A stretch of 64,000 nt of DNA, from contig OZ076409.1 in the NCBI GenBank assembly GCA_964187785.1, positions 78,742,001 to 78,806,000 of the forward strand. The letters run 5' to 3'. Below the pieces are notes generated by a model, which worked only from the letters and a program-made list of their open reading frames with translations, searched no databases and was not told where the DNA came from. This document shows, piece by piece, positions 36,420 through 47,934 of the stretch (its first letter is position 1; each line of letters begins with the position of its first letter). The translations under genes and the position numbers were made by a program. The DNA comes from Amphiscolops sp. MND2022. Lineage: Eukaryota.

Positions 36420-36778
36420 CGGGGCCTCTTCAATTTGTCGAACATTCAATTCGTCGAACACGTATTAATTTAGCGAGCATGGTATGACGTAATGGAATGA
36501 ATTGATTTCGGCCAATCAAATTCGAGCATTCAAAATTACGATAACGTAGTCAGCTATGTTCACATACTCCTAGTGCCCTAAATGCAGGAGCGAAGCGAAG
36601 CGGAGCGACGTGCCATATGGCCATGCCTCAATATTGCTACTTGGCCATACAACACATATGCTAATCGCCACAAAATATAACCAAATGAAAATAATCGCTG
36701 ATATGGAATTCTTTCGACGCATTGAATAGTTTTTCATTTTTCGACGATTTGAATGTTCGACGAATTGAAGTTGCACCG
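36420..36778. mobile_element. MITE with about 40-bp imperfect TIRs
   Basis: CTTCAATTTGTCGAACATTCAATTCGTCGAA pairs with TTCGACGATTTGAATGTTCGACGAATTGAAG; flanked by a (G)TCTTAGG(C) duplication. Confidence 0.7.
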
Positions 36779-36795
36779 TCTTAGGCATCAAAAGT

Positions 36796-37313
36796 AACAA
36801 GACGGGAACGTCCCAAGTCGGCGCCATATCTTAGGCTCAAAAATATTCAAGGAACAACTATTGTAAAAATTTGGAAAAAAAATTTTTCAAAAAAATTATT
36901 TTTGAAATTTTTTTTCGAAAAAAAAGTATTTTTTAAGTCGCAAAATGCCGAAAAACTCAAAAAAGGCCATTCAGGCTCATTCAACGTTTTCTACAAACCG
37001 AAAATTTCAAAAAAAATGCAAGGGGGTACCCTTTGATAAATTTCAAAAATTTTCGAAAAAAAGTCGCACAGTGCCGAAAAAAATCCAAAGGGGGGACCCT
37101 TTGGGCACGTCCGGTTGTGTATGTTTCCTTGAAAAAGTAAAAACTGAAAGGGGGACCCTTTGGAGTAAAGTTTGCCTTCTGCGCAGAATTGCAGAATTGT
37201 AAGAAAAGTGGACCACTCAGAGTGAGATTGTCAACTGAAAAAAACAAAAAAAAAAAACTACTCACTGTAAGAGTCGGGCTTTTTTCCTTAAGGGAAAAGG
37301 CGCCGACTAAAAA
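36796..37313 (-). mobile_element. HINE/DINE-1-like (Helentron-associated) non-autonomous element
   Basis: Subterminal inverted repeat AGTCGGCGCC (36816-36825) / GGCGCCGACT (37299-37308), nearby partial inverted repeat, and a terminal hairpin plus CTTGTT on the - strand. Related copies at 35017 and 62368. Confidence 0.6.
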
Positions 37314-38370
37314 CAGGTATTCGTCTAGGACCAACGATTCTTCATTACTTTACATCTGCAAGTCTGTGACTTCGAAAGTGAAAATGGCCGAGAATAGGTC
37401 GTAAACTGCTCCACTTTGATTGAAATGACATTTTGTTGTTTGACACAACTACTGCTGTTTCGTTATTTTCTGCAAACGTTCGAAATGACTTTTCCTCGAA
37501 TGCCTTTGTAGTCAGTCCTGTCTACCCAGTTACGGCTTCATAAAGAATCAAATTCTAGTTGAACTTGATGAAATTCATTTGACCGAATTGAACGCCAGAT
37601 GGTCCTTTTGTGTCAGTTCGACATCTATTCTGTCGAATTCACTCCCTGACTTTTGAATTCTCTGATTATACCATAAATGGTAATGTAAAAACTCCACTTG
37701 CTCCATTTTGCCATTGATGTCAAAAATTCAGAGGAAAAGTTAACAAAGTGAACTGAATGAATTGAGTTTTTTCTTTTTCTGTTCTTTTGTCTCTACTGCT
37801 TTTTGGTGATATTTTTTTTGCATGGGGGAGGGTAATAGTAGGACGGTGCAATGACATGGTTGCTGAGTTGCTGGGTTATTTTTTTGACAAGTTCACTGGA
37901 AAAGAAATAAAAGAATTCAAAGTAGCCAGTCTTTTACCATAAATGTGAGCATGCAGCAATAGAAACGCTCGCAGGGTGGAGACTTAAAGTGATTAAATGT
38001 AACAATTGGGCGATTTAAGGTCTTTAAGGTCAACAACAGGGTTGAGAGAAGACAGAGGTATTTTCAGCCCCTAAAATAGTATTCAAACCCTGTTTGCAGA
38101 TAATCTTTAACAATGTCCTCAGAACAAAAGGAAAGGCACACGGAAGCCTTTTTCAAAATCAATGATAATATACAATTTGAAGCAGGGAAGATTTTTCAAT
38201 GGTAAAGGTGTATGATTCACAATAACCTAGTTTTACTTTTAATGAAAAAAAACACATTATTCATCGTCGTGCATCATTTTGTCTGCTTACACGCACTAGA
38301 CATGCTAGACGAAAAGTATCTGGAGACTAGCCAGCCAGCCAATACCTTTTATATTACACTGTAATAGATA

Positions 38371-38919
38371 CCCTTGTTGAAACTTCTTGAACTTTTTGCA
38401 TGTACTTTAATGTTGCCAGCAACTTTTATTATGATTATCTAAAACTCTTACGGAAACTTTAATGAAAAAATATTTACCTGTTGTAATCGACTTTTATCAA
38501 GCTGCTTGAAAGATTCATCAAAGTTTTGGCGGCAATTTTACGCCTTGAAGTTTTGCAGGTTTCATTAAGAAGCAGTTCTAATTTTAAAAGCAAATAAATT
38601 GCTCTCAGTTGAACAGCCATTTTAATGCAAAATTACTTCAGTCACCTAATAAACTGCAATATACCGTCATGTTTAGCGTCCTATTTGAGACGCGGTGATC
38701 ACATCAGATGAGTAGTTGAGAAAGCAAATTGTAAATACAATAAGGTCGTGTCGGTGATGATGTTGTATCTATTTTCAAATTTAATTGCAGTAGTGGAAAA
38801 TGCAGTGTAATTCTACAAGATTTACCACCTGAATTACCCTGAATTTTCTAGGTTTTATAAACAATTACCCTGCATGCAGGCCTGCAGCATGTAAAAAGTT
38901 CCTGCAGTTTCAACTAGGG
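38371..38919 (+). mobile_element. 549-bp MITE, copy 1
   Basis: TIRs CCCTTGTTGAAACT... / ...AGTTTCAACTAGGG, flanked by TA on both sides. Confidence 0.85.
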
Positions 38920-39225
38920 TAAAACTATACTGTATTTACCAGTCAATTCCACTTTTGGCGTCGGAACAGAGCGTCACATCACGTAGTCTTTTTCTGGATC
39001 AAAGCAAAAGGCAGCGGAATGCATGGCAGTCTTTGAGATTAAATTCTAACCATTATTATTGGGGAAAACTCTGCTGTATTTATTTTAGCAAACCTAGTTG
39101 ACATCATTTTGGACGCGTTCAAGATTCCATTCAATCTGCAGTGAAATTTGTCAACTAATGTTTTGGCTTCAAGTTCGAGCTGAATATTGCGGAATGAAAA
39201 AACTATTTATGCCTTCCTAAACCTG

Positions 39226-39773
39226 CCCTAGTTGAAGCTGCAGGAACTTTTTACATGCTGCAGGCATGCATGCAGGGTAATTTTTTATAAAACCTAGAAA
39301 ATTCAGTGAACTTCAGTTGGTAAATCATGTACAATTACACTGCATTTTCCACTATTGTAATTAAAATTTGAAATAAATTACACTAGATTACCGACACGAT
39401 CACTTTGTATTCACACTTTGTTTCTCAACTACTCATCTGATGTGATCACCGCTTCTCAAATAGCACGCTAGACATAACGCTAACTTGCAGTTTACTATGC
39501 AACTGAAGGTATTTTGCATTGATTTAGCGGTAAAATTGATAGCGCCTTATTTGCTTTCAAAATTATAACTGCTGCTTAATGAAACCTGCAAAACTTCAAG
39601 GCTTAAAATTGCCGCCAAAACTTTGATGAATCTTTCAAGCAGCTTGATAAAAGTTAATTATAACAGGCACAAATTTTCGCATGAAAGTTTCCGTAAGAGT
39701 TTTAGAAAATCATAATAAAAGTTGCTGGCAACATTAAAGTACATGCAAAAAGTTCAAGCAGTTTCAACAAGGG
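39226..39773 (-). mobile_element. 548-bp MITE, copy 2 (inverted relative to copy 1)
   Basis: Reverse-complement homolog of 38371-38919 along its length; flanked by TG on both sides. Confidence 0.85.
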
Positions 39774-41865
39774 TGGATATATTGCTGCATTTATGACGAC
39801 ATGTCTGCGTTTTGATGACTTTGGGTGGCCACATTGGGACAGAAATTTTCGAGGCAAATTAAAACTTTTGTTTAAATCCGAAATCGTTGAATGCTTCTTG
39901 ATATAGTAACAACAACTGTGTTATTCTCATGAACATTCCACAGGTCAACGAAGAACAAGTTGTAAATAAACCATGTTTAGTGCCATTATGGAACCCACAG
40001 GGAATGTATTAGGTCATGAACTGAGTCAATTTGCATCCAACATTTATTCAGCCTCAAAAATGTATCAGAGGAATCGTAAGCTGATGATTCTCATACTCAG
40101 CGAAATTTTTCAATATTTAAAATCAGACTCCAAACTAGAGAAAGACGTGAAAAAACCACGAGAGAAATCACCACGACAAAGCGACACAAAGCAAGTGTGG
40201 TGACCATATATGGAACTCATGCAAAATGCCTTAATAATCTAGATCCGTTTTTGAAGACTTTCCAACATGAAAAACATCCAATATGAATCATGAGATTGAA
40301 CATGGAACATGTAACATCGAATATGAAGTAAGGTACCTCTGCAACATCTTGAAATGCATCAAAAATCAACTTAAAATGTCGACCTCTCCTCAAAAGTAAG
40401 TTGCAGTTCAAACCCGATTTTGAAAATTTATGGATGAACTCTTTTTGAGGATCAGTCAAGGAAAAAACCGCTCACCCAAAACAACGGACCCGATACCTGA
40501 TTGCGCGAAATCACGACTAAAAAGACACAAAACCCGAAGACCAAACCAATAGGGCTACAAGCCTTGCAAGCGGATTAAGAATTAGGCAAAGCGTCAGAGA
40601 AGCACTCGTGCTTGCTTACTTCGTCCATATTTTTCAGTGGTCGGATCTTTCGGCAAGACCGGCGTTTACCACCGAACCGAGTGGGTTCTCTCGGACAACC
40701 ACGTATCAAATTTCGGATAGGCATGATGCCCTGCAAACAAAGCATGCCGTGAATTTTCATCAAATTTCCTTCTAATTGAAAACTGCCAATAAAATCTTAC
40801 CTAAGGATCATTTTTTGGAATAGAAACGTTCACTGCTGATAAATGCTATTAATAGTCTGATTTGTACCAACTGGTATTTCTAAATGCCACAAATTTATGA
40901 ACTTTTGACTGCCACAAAGTGCCTACTCACGTGTAACTTTTGCCTACCTACGAGTGAATTTTTTGCAGCAACGTTATAAGGATTTTTTTGTTTTTGACAT
41001 TCATATATGCACATTTGGCTTCCAATAGCAAAAACTTGGAGTTTGGTTTCTCGTGATGCCTTTTTTCATCGCCATCACAAAGTCATCAAGTTAGCAGCGA
41101 TGCGAAATTTTTTGAATGAGTGCCATACTTTCTTCTGAATAGTTTCTGAAAACCCGAACACCAAGACACTCTAGTGAAGTTTAAGCAACGCAGCCGATTG
41201 CCATAACTTTGAGCTCTGAAAAACTACAAGCCACTTTACATCAAAAGGCTTTCGTGCTCCATTGACAATTGGAGTTTTTGGAAAAACTTTTTTTCGTGTT
41301 ACTACAGATTATTAATTCCAAGTTGAGCACTACTATGCAAATTCATTTACGAAATTTTTTCGCATGTTCGAACTATTTGCAAGGCAATCTGGACATCAGA
41401 GGTTTACTTGTTTCAGCACAATAAATCTTGATAAGATGCTAGTTGTAGCAATGTCTTAATTGGAATCTATTGTACAGTAACGTCTTGAAAGTCTATCGGA
41501 GGAAAATGTTAAGATCAAAATCACAAACTGTGAAAATGTGGTTTTTCAAAAAGCATTTCGCCGCTCAACGTATGAAACACGCTTTTGTCTTTCGCAGTAA
41601 CTGTTTGAATGTATATAGATGATAATATTATCAGATGACAACGCTCTTTAGAAAATTAGGCATCATCATTTCAATAGACCCTATCAATTTAATGCCTTCC
41701 ACTCAATAAGTGTTTAGGTGTTGCTCTGAAATTTTTTATACGCATCTTTTGAGCCAAACAAGTTTAACTACTGTTGAAAACAGTACTAACTCTTTTTTAA
41801 TAAACTCGAAAAAATACTTGAAGTATAAACATGCAAGTACCCAATGCTACTGACATAAAATCAAG

Positions 41866-42588
41866 TGTAACGATAAGCGCTGGCGCTTGAACCGCAACGT
41901 AGAATGGAGGAACTAGAACAGCGAATATAATCTGGGACCTAGATCTCCGCGGTCCTAGCTCATTTTCCCTCCGAAGGAGCCAGTCCCAAGGTGGGGGAAC
42001 CGTCTTGTTGGAAACTCTCTGGCCTGGTCCTAGTCTGTAACTGCTAAAAGTAACGGGCATCTTGCATGTCTCAAGACCACTGCTCAATTAGCCTTTAAAA
42101 AGGGGGCTGAAAACAGGAGGATGTTGAGCCATAGTATTGGAGAATCTGATAAAATCGACATCAAAAATGAGTAACCATAGGTGTAAATGGGCAGCTCTCG
42201 AGCATATCAATCTACTACAACAAGGAAAGCACAATAAGCACAACAATATCAGAAGTTTGAGTTTTTAGCAGGAGCGAATTGACCATGGCTTCCCAGCGCT
42301 AGCGCTCGTCACCGCACAGGACGCCGCAGGATCTTCAGGCGAGCATCTGGAACACCGGTTTCTGTTACCTATGTAGTGTAAACGCCAAAGACCAAAGATG
42401 GGCACTTCACCGTGTTCTAGGGACTGTTTTTTTTACGTCTTCTCTTTTTGTCCTCTCTCGCGGGGGCGATTTCTGATTTCTGATCTGCTTTTTTGACAGG
42501 TCTTTCGTCTGGAGCATGTTTGAGTGCCACGTCAGATTTGAACGAATTTTTGCTTCGAAAATTTTTGACATGGGCAGTTGCCGTTACA
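41866..42588 (-). repeat. 3' LTR of element E
   Basis: Direct repeat of 60056-60778; preceded on the - strand by the PPT-like GGGGAGTGA. Confidence 0.96.
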
Positions 42589-43359
42589 TCACTCCCCGGG
42601 CTTCTGGCTTGTCGTCCCTGGCAAGCGGCATCTGGCCTCGTCTGGAAACGGCATCGCTGAGACTGCTGGGGATCATCATCCACACCACAGGGGACAAGGA
42701 CGAGTCCTTGTTTTTCAGCAACTATTTTTGACAAATTTCGCTGTTTTTCTCAAAGAAAACTTTACTGCCTAGTATTTTTACAAAAAGTGCAAACGAGGTT
42801 TTAGCACCAGCTCGAGAGCTAAGGTTTTCAGTCGGTTAAAACTCGTTTGGGCAAGCAGTTTTCGCTAAAAATTCTTTTGCGACCAAGGTCAGCTAAAATT
42901 TCCTTTTTTGTGCAACTTGACATTTACAGTTTTCGATCAATTTCGGACAAAATAAAACTTCTTTTGGGAGGGCGCCGCTTCGGCTACTCCTTAGACAGTC
43001 GATAGAAGGTGCTTGAGCACCAAAACACAAGGAAAAACGGCAAAAATCGTAACTAAAAGGCTAAGACTTTTTCTAGACCATGGCAACTCAAAAACACCGC
43101 GAACGGTGCGCAACAGAAATAACAGTTTTTCTTTGGTAATAGATTCTTTTTTACTTTGTAGGCGAAGCAGCTGGGGCAGGTGCACTCTATTGACCGTACA
43201 CCCAGCGCATTACTAACAGTACAATAACTAAGTAATAACTATGAACAAAAAATTGCACCATGTAAGGGTAGCACCGGCTAAAGCGATAAGTTTGAAGGCA
43301 CAGTTTCGGTAGAGTTTAGAGTCTATAGGGAGCGCGAACGCTCCCATTAGCGGCAGGGT

Positions 43360-46300
43360 TCATTGGGCTGAGCTGCGTCGAGTTCGAGTCTTTATGGCAT
43401 CATCGGGAGTTCCTGGATTGCTGGCATCTTCCGACGCAATTGACGCCCTACGTTGAGCAGGAACCACAGTCACTACTGTTTCCGAGTCTGACAGGTCCTC
43501 TGGGAGCATTAAATCGGCGATTGGTTGCATCAGGATAGTGCTGGGGGTCAATTCAGCGTCGTGTTCTCCGGTCTGGGGTTGCGATGACTGAGGACTGGCT
43601 TGTGTCGATGGTGGACTCACAGGCTCTGCCTGCAGGATGTGAGTGGGCAAATCCAGAGTCACGGGCCGGTCGATGGGCTGACTTAGTGACATGGCCATTG
43701 TGGGTGCCAGCATGGTAGGCGCGAACGCCTGTTGTCTCTCGAGTTCAGCTCTACTCTCCACGGCCAAGGATATCCGCTTGGAGACCCAGCCAGGCTGACT
43801 CCAGAGCTCGCAAGCTCGCTTCCATTTGGGGAAGCTGGCAATTTCCAGCTCCAAACAATGTCCTTCCCACTCTGCGCGGGCTTCAGAGCCTAGCACAGAA
43901 TTAATCTCATCGTGTTGGACGATGGACATATCCCCTGACATTGTCATCTTGGCTTGCGGTCGCCAGGCAGCTTTTCTTGGGAACGGAGTCACACGGCTCT
44001 GCAGGTTCCTCTGACGAGTCTGAGCTGCTCCTTCAATCCAGTTTGGGATTTGAGCCAATTCCATATACTGGATTTGTCGATTGAAGGCTTCAGGGGCGCG
44101 ACCAACGGGTTTTGCTCTAGGCCATCCCAGTGGCTCCTTCCAGTAGTGATTTGGGAAAGTGATGCATTTGAAGGCGTACAGGGGATCTACGGGTGGACCA
44201 GCACTAGTGCTGGCACGGATCACCTTGCGTATGAACTCCTGCGACCAGGGGAATCTAAAGGGGACTCCATTCAGGCTGAGAGGTGCGGAGTACCAGTTGA
44301 CTGGGCCGTATTCTCGTGGCAAAGGGCACGCCTTTCGTGTGCGGGCACGCAACAGACCCATCAAATTCTCTTCTAGTTGTTTCTCCGACTTCAAGGTGGT
44401 GTACCCGTGCGGCATCTCGCCACTCAATACAGCCTGCACGATTCGCTGATAGGTCAGTGGGGGCCGTCCTTGGAGATAGGTGCAGAAGGAGACCATATGC
44501 ACCTGTACTGTTCTCGCCAGTGGTTTGGTGGGATACCGGCACACACCGACCGCACCGAAGATTGGAGCCAGGACGGAAGCCATAACGGCCACGAAGTCCT
44601 CCACTTCGGCCAGAGTCAAATCGGCGATTTGCTGGGGCATGGGGAATCCCGCCGTTTCCGCAGGGAGTTGACGCTCGGCATGGTGGAGGGGTTGCGATTG
44701 ATCCACGCCTACGAACAAGCCAGAGGCGAACACTAGGGTGGAGTACAACCAATGTTGGAGGGACGCACGCATGCGTTCCAGCTGGGCGACATAATCTTGC
44801 TGGTCCTTGGAATTTAGGAGGTGTCCCCATCGAGTTAGGCTGCGTAGTTGTCCCTGGGCGAGGATCAGGTAGCTGTAGAAGGTGACTAGATCACTGGACA
44901 CTACCAACTCGACTAACATAGCAAGGGGACCTGCCACAAACTTCGTCGGGCCCATGGCTAGCGCGAGCGCTAACATCTCTCCTACAGTAGCTTCGCCGAT
45001 GGTTTCCAACAATTTGTCGGTCTGCACATTGGCTAGCAAGTACTCAGAGGCTATTACGTCGATGTTCCAGCCTAGTCCGAGACTGGTACAAAAGGCTTCC
45101 AAGGGACAGTTAAGCTCTTGAGCTACTTCGGCCAGGGTCCTGTCCACGAATCTGGACTGATACCATTCGGCATACGTTATTCCGGCGGCATCTACTTCAG
45201 CCTTCAAGTTGGTCGCCTCTATAGCCACGACGTACCTCATGCCCACGGGCAACTTGACGGGTTCTATTCCCGCGGCAAACCGAATCTGGGGAATGGTCCT
45301 TTCGACCGTGCGTGTGGCGGGCCAGGTTTCAATTTCCTTCGCGAGCTCTGCCAGCTCTGCTCGTACGGGAATTTCTTTGTCCTTCCGCACCAGCCAGTTG
45401 TATCGTCGGACGGCCTCTCGTTCACTCATGTTGGATGCTCGCATGACGCGATTCCCGTCCAAGTCGAAGGCCATTCGCCCCATACACATTCCATGATCGA
45501 ACAGTATGGCGTCGTCGATAGTCAGTTGTGCATTTCCTGATCGTTCCACAGCGATTAGTACTCTTGACACGGCAGCAAAGAAGGCGGGGTATGACAATGC
45601 ATCGGGGCGTAGGTCTCCTCGATCAACCCGCAGATTTGGCGCGCAAATAGCAAACTCGATTCGGCGCGCTTTGCATACCTCAGACAGGATGTACACAAAC
45701 TGCTGCAAGCTTCGTTGCCAATACATGAATCCCGGCGGGGATGCGAAGAGCGCGAGCGCTCCCAGACGACCCCGAAGGATCCCTGCTGCACGCTCCATTG
45801 CGTCTGCAACCACGTTTACTAAGGACGCCACACTCCCAGGTCTGCGGGTATCTGCCATGAGGGCATCCAGGTTGCGTAGCAGCCCTTCGCAAGCCATGTG
45901 GTCGATCAGATTGGTGAAGACTACACGTCGCGGGGGCGGCTCTCTTAGGGACCCTCTCAGGTTAGGGTCGTACATGACCGCGACCATCTCGGCAACCTCA
46001 GCGAAGCGGGAGAGTGGCATTGTTAATACCAGCACATCGGGCAGAAGGTTGTCGATGGGGAGATCACTCCTGAGTGTCGAATCTACTGCCACACAATAGC
46101 GCGCACGCTGCAGAGCTGCTTTCAGGAGGGGCTTCATTGATTTGATGTTGCGAGCATAGCGGGCGTTGGCTTCCCAGGTTTCCCCTTCGTGCAACATGTA
46201 CCTAGCAGGAAATTGCTCGGTGAGGTCATGCTGCAGGCGAGCCATATAATTGTTGGGTGTCGCGGGCAGTTGCTCTCGAGCACGCTGTTCCCAGGCTTGC

Positions 46301-46779
46301 TCACTCAAGTCCGCATCACGGGCACGTAGCGACCGAGTTATCTGAGCCGCAATGGTGATTCTGCTCACTTCTTTCTGCTCGGCGTCAGACGGCGGTGCTC
46401 TCCTTCTGATCGCACACGTGTTCGGGTACAAACACTCTGCCGCCATCCAGATGCGTTTGCTATCGCCAGTCACCACGGTGCCGGATACATCATCGGACGG
46501 GGGAAGAAAGGCGGGAGGATTGGTCTCATCGATTGTCTCGGGCACCTCCAAGGACATGTTGGCAGAGCCTGTACCCGAGGGCACAGGACTCGTCTCAGGA
46601 TTCGCCTCCACACTGCCGTAGCGGTTGATGGCCTCTTCCAGGGACATCTGAGGCGCGCCTACGCCTAGGTGGCCGACGTGATATGGAGGCCTCACGACCA
46701 CCACACTTTTCATCTGCGACTGGTGGGGTACATCTGCTCGCTTGTCCGGAGGGGGACGACTGGTCGGACTGTCGGTCAC
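43360..46779 (-). CDS. Accessory ORF of element E (at least 1139 aa) with an SGNH-hydrolase-like domain
   Basis: Long intact frame, open back to about 47004; VAVDSTLR / VLTMPLSRFAEV / VVFTNLIDH / DLRPD blocks at about 46098-45546. Confidence 0.85.
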   Translation of the reverse strand: MTDSPTSRPPPDKRADVPHQSQMKSVVVVRPPYHVGHLGVGAPQMSLEEAINRYGSVEANPETSPVPSGTGSANMSLEVPETIDETNPPAFLPPSDDVSGTVVTGDSKRIWMAAECLYPNTCAIRRRAPPSDAEQKEVSRITIAAQITRSLRARDADLSEQAWEQRAREQLPATPNNYMARLQHDLTEQFPARYMLHEGETWEANARYARNIKSMKPLLKAALQRARYCVAVDSTLRSDLPIDNLLPDVLVLTMPLSRFAEVAEMVAVMYDPNLRGSLREPPPRRVVFTNLIDHMACEGLLRNLDALMADTRRPGSVASLVNVVADAMERAAGILRGRLGALALFASPPGFMYWQRSLQQFVYILSEVCKARRIEFAICAPNLRVDRGDLRPDALSYPAFFAAVSRVLIAVERSGNAQLTIDDAILFDHGMCMGRMAFDLDGNRVMRASNMSEREAVRRYNWLVRKDKEIPVRAELAELAKEIETWPATRTVERTIPQIRFAAGIEPVKLPVGMRYVVAIEATNLKAEVDAAGITYAEWYQSRFVDRTLAEVAQELNCPLEAFCTSLGLGWNIDVIASEYLLANVQTDKLLETIGEATVGEMLALALAMGPTKFVAGPLAMLVELVVSSDLVTFYSYLILAQGQLRSLTRWGHLLNSKDQQDYVAQLERMRASLQHWLYSTLVFASGLFVGVDQSQPLHHAERQLPAETAGFPMPQQIADLTLAEVEDFVAVMASVLAPIFGAVGVCRYPTKPLARTVQVHMVSFCTYLQGRPPLTYQRIVQAVLSGEMPHGYTTLKSEKQLEENLMGLLRARTRKACPLPREYGPVNWYSAPLSLNGVPFRFPWSQEFIRKVIRASTSAGPPVDPLYAFKCITFPNHYWKEPLGWPRAKPVGRAPEAFNRQIQYMELAQIPNWIEGAAQTRQRNLQSRVTPFPRKAAWRPQAKMTMSGDMSIVQHDEINSVLGSEARAEWEGHCLELEIASFPKWKRACELWSQPGWVSKRISLAVESRAELERQQAFAPTMLAPTMAMSLSQPIDRPVTLDLPTHILQAEPVSPPSTQASPQSSQPQTGEHDAELTPSTILMQPIADLMLPEDLSDSETVVTVVPAQRRASIASEDASNPGTPDDAIKTRTRRSSAQ

Positions 46780-46850
46780 GGAATCATGGTGTGTAGCGAC
46801 GATATTTTCCTCAGTAAGTCGCTTCCGGCCAGTTTCCTCACGGGGATAGG

Positions 46851-47639
46851 TCAGGCGCTGGTGCTTGGTCCAGCCGTAGTTTCTGCTTCCATAGACACAG
46901 TCTCGGCTAGGGTGGTGGGTGGGGTGACGCAGCCCGAGGGCTGAGCGGCAGCTTGCAAGTAATGTGTTAATCCGGGAATCCTTTGCTCAACGGCACGAAC
47001 GAAGTCAGAGGAGTTGGGGTAGTTGGCAACAGCCTGCAGGGCCACAATCACCGCTTGCTCGCTGGGACTCCGTCCAATCAGATTTAGATTAGGCACTGAT
47101 GGCGGTTGGGACCCCGAGGGCTCCCGACTTGAGGCAGGTTGATTGGTAATGTTCTGCGTCGTCGTTGCCCGTGTTCCATATGGTGCCCCATAAGCAATCG
47201 AGCTAGAATGCGGCGTCGTCTGCACTGGATTTGGTGCCGCAATGGAAGGCAGCGATGGGACGTTGACGGGCATCATACGCAGTGATGTTTCTTGTTCGAA
47301 TCTGGTGCCCTGGCTGGGGCCATGCACTGCGATTGATCTTTCGTCCAAGAACTGGTGAGTCAGGTCGTGCCCATCCCAGGCATTGTTGGTGCACGTCAAG
47401 GTGCGACGATAGCTTGCCACCTCCGTGGTGATTGACAAAGATGCATTTGGCAGCATTTGCATCGATTCAAGCTGGGTCAGTAGGGCGGCCACCCCAGCTA
47501 CGGCTACTGGCGAAAGACCGTCCCGCAGCCTTTCTTCGACATATTGGGCCTGATTGACCCTCTGCGCTCGCGCAGATTCCTGGGGCCTTGCACTATTAGA
47601 CCCGGTTGCAGGCGCTGAATTGTTTGGGCAATGGGCCAT
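46851..47639 (-). CDS. 262-aa ORF of element E, probably the N-terminus of the accessory protein
   Basis: ATG start; overlaps the open frame of the downstream ORF by about 150 nt, in the -1 relationship. Confidence 0.65.
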   Translation of the reverse strand: MAHCPNNSAPATGSNSARPQESARAQRVNQAQYVEERLRDGLSPVAVAGVAALLTQLESMQMLPNASLSITTEVASYRRTLTCTNNAWDGHDLTHQFLDERSIAVHGPSQGTRFEQETSLRMMPVNVPSLPSIAAPNPVQTTPHSSSIAYGAPYGTRATTTQNITNQPASSREPSGSQPPSVPNLNLIGRSPSEQAVIVALQAVANYPNSSDFVRAVEQRIPGLTHYLQAAAQPSGCVTPPTTLAETVSMEAETTAGPSTSA

Positions 47640-47934
47640 TAATGCATAGGTCTAAAAAGGATCACTGTTAGACTTACAGGGACAAGTTCTCTCTGGAACG
47701 AGCCGTGAGTCGGTTCGTCCTTCAATTGCAGCCAGGCAACATCGGCTCCGTAAGGGGGCCACTACAAACTTAAAATCTAACTCTAACTAACTAACGAACT
47801 AGAACAAAACCTTTGAGTGAACAACATGACAAATTAACATCTCGAGAGCATTTCAAGGCTCTTCCAAGGTTGTTACAAAAACTGTTGCAAGAACTGAGGG
47901 CAAAGGAAAAATGGGGACAACTAAAATGAAAAGG

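Noticed and set aside
39780..41800. Short ORFs of 60-80 aa as host exons or Polinton remnants
   Set aside because: No recognisable motifs or consistent splice structure.
43360..46779. env gene
   Set aside because: No signal peptide, furin site plus fusion peptide, or C-terminal TM anchor is evident.
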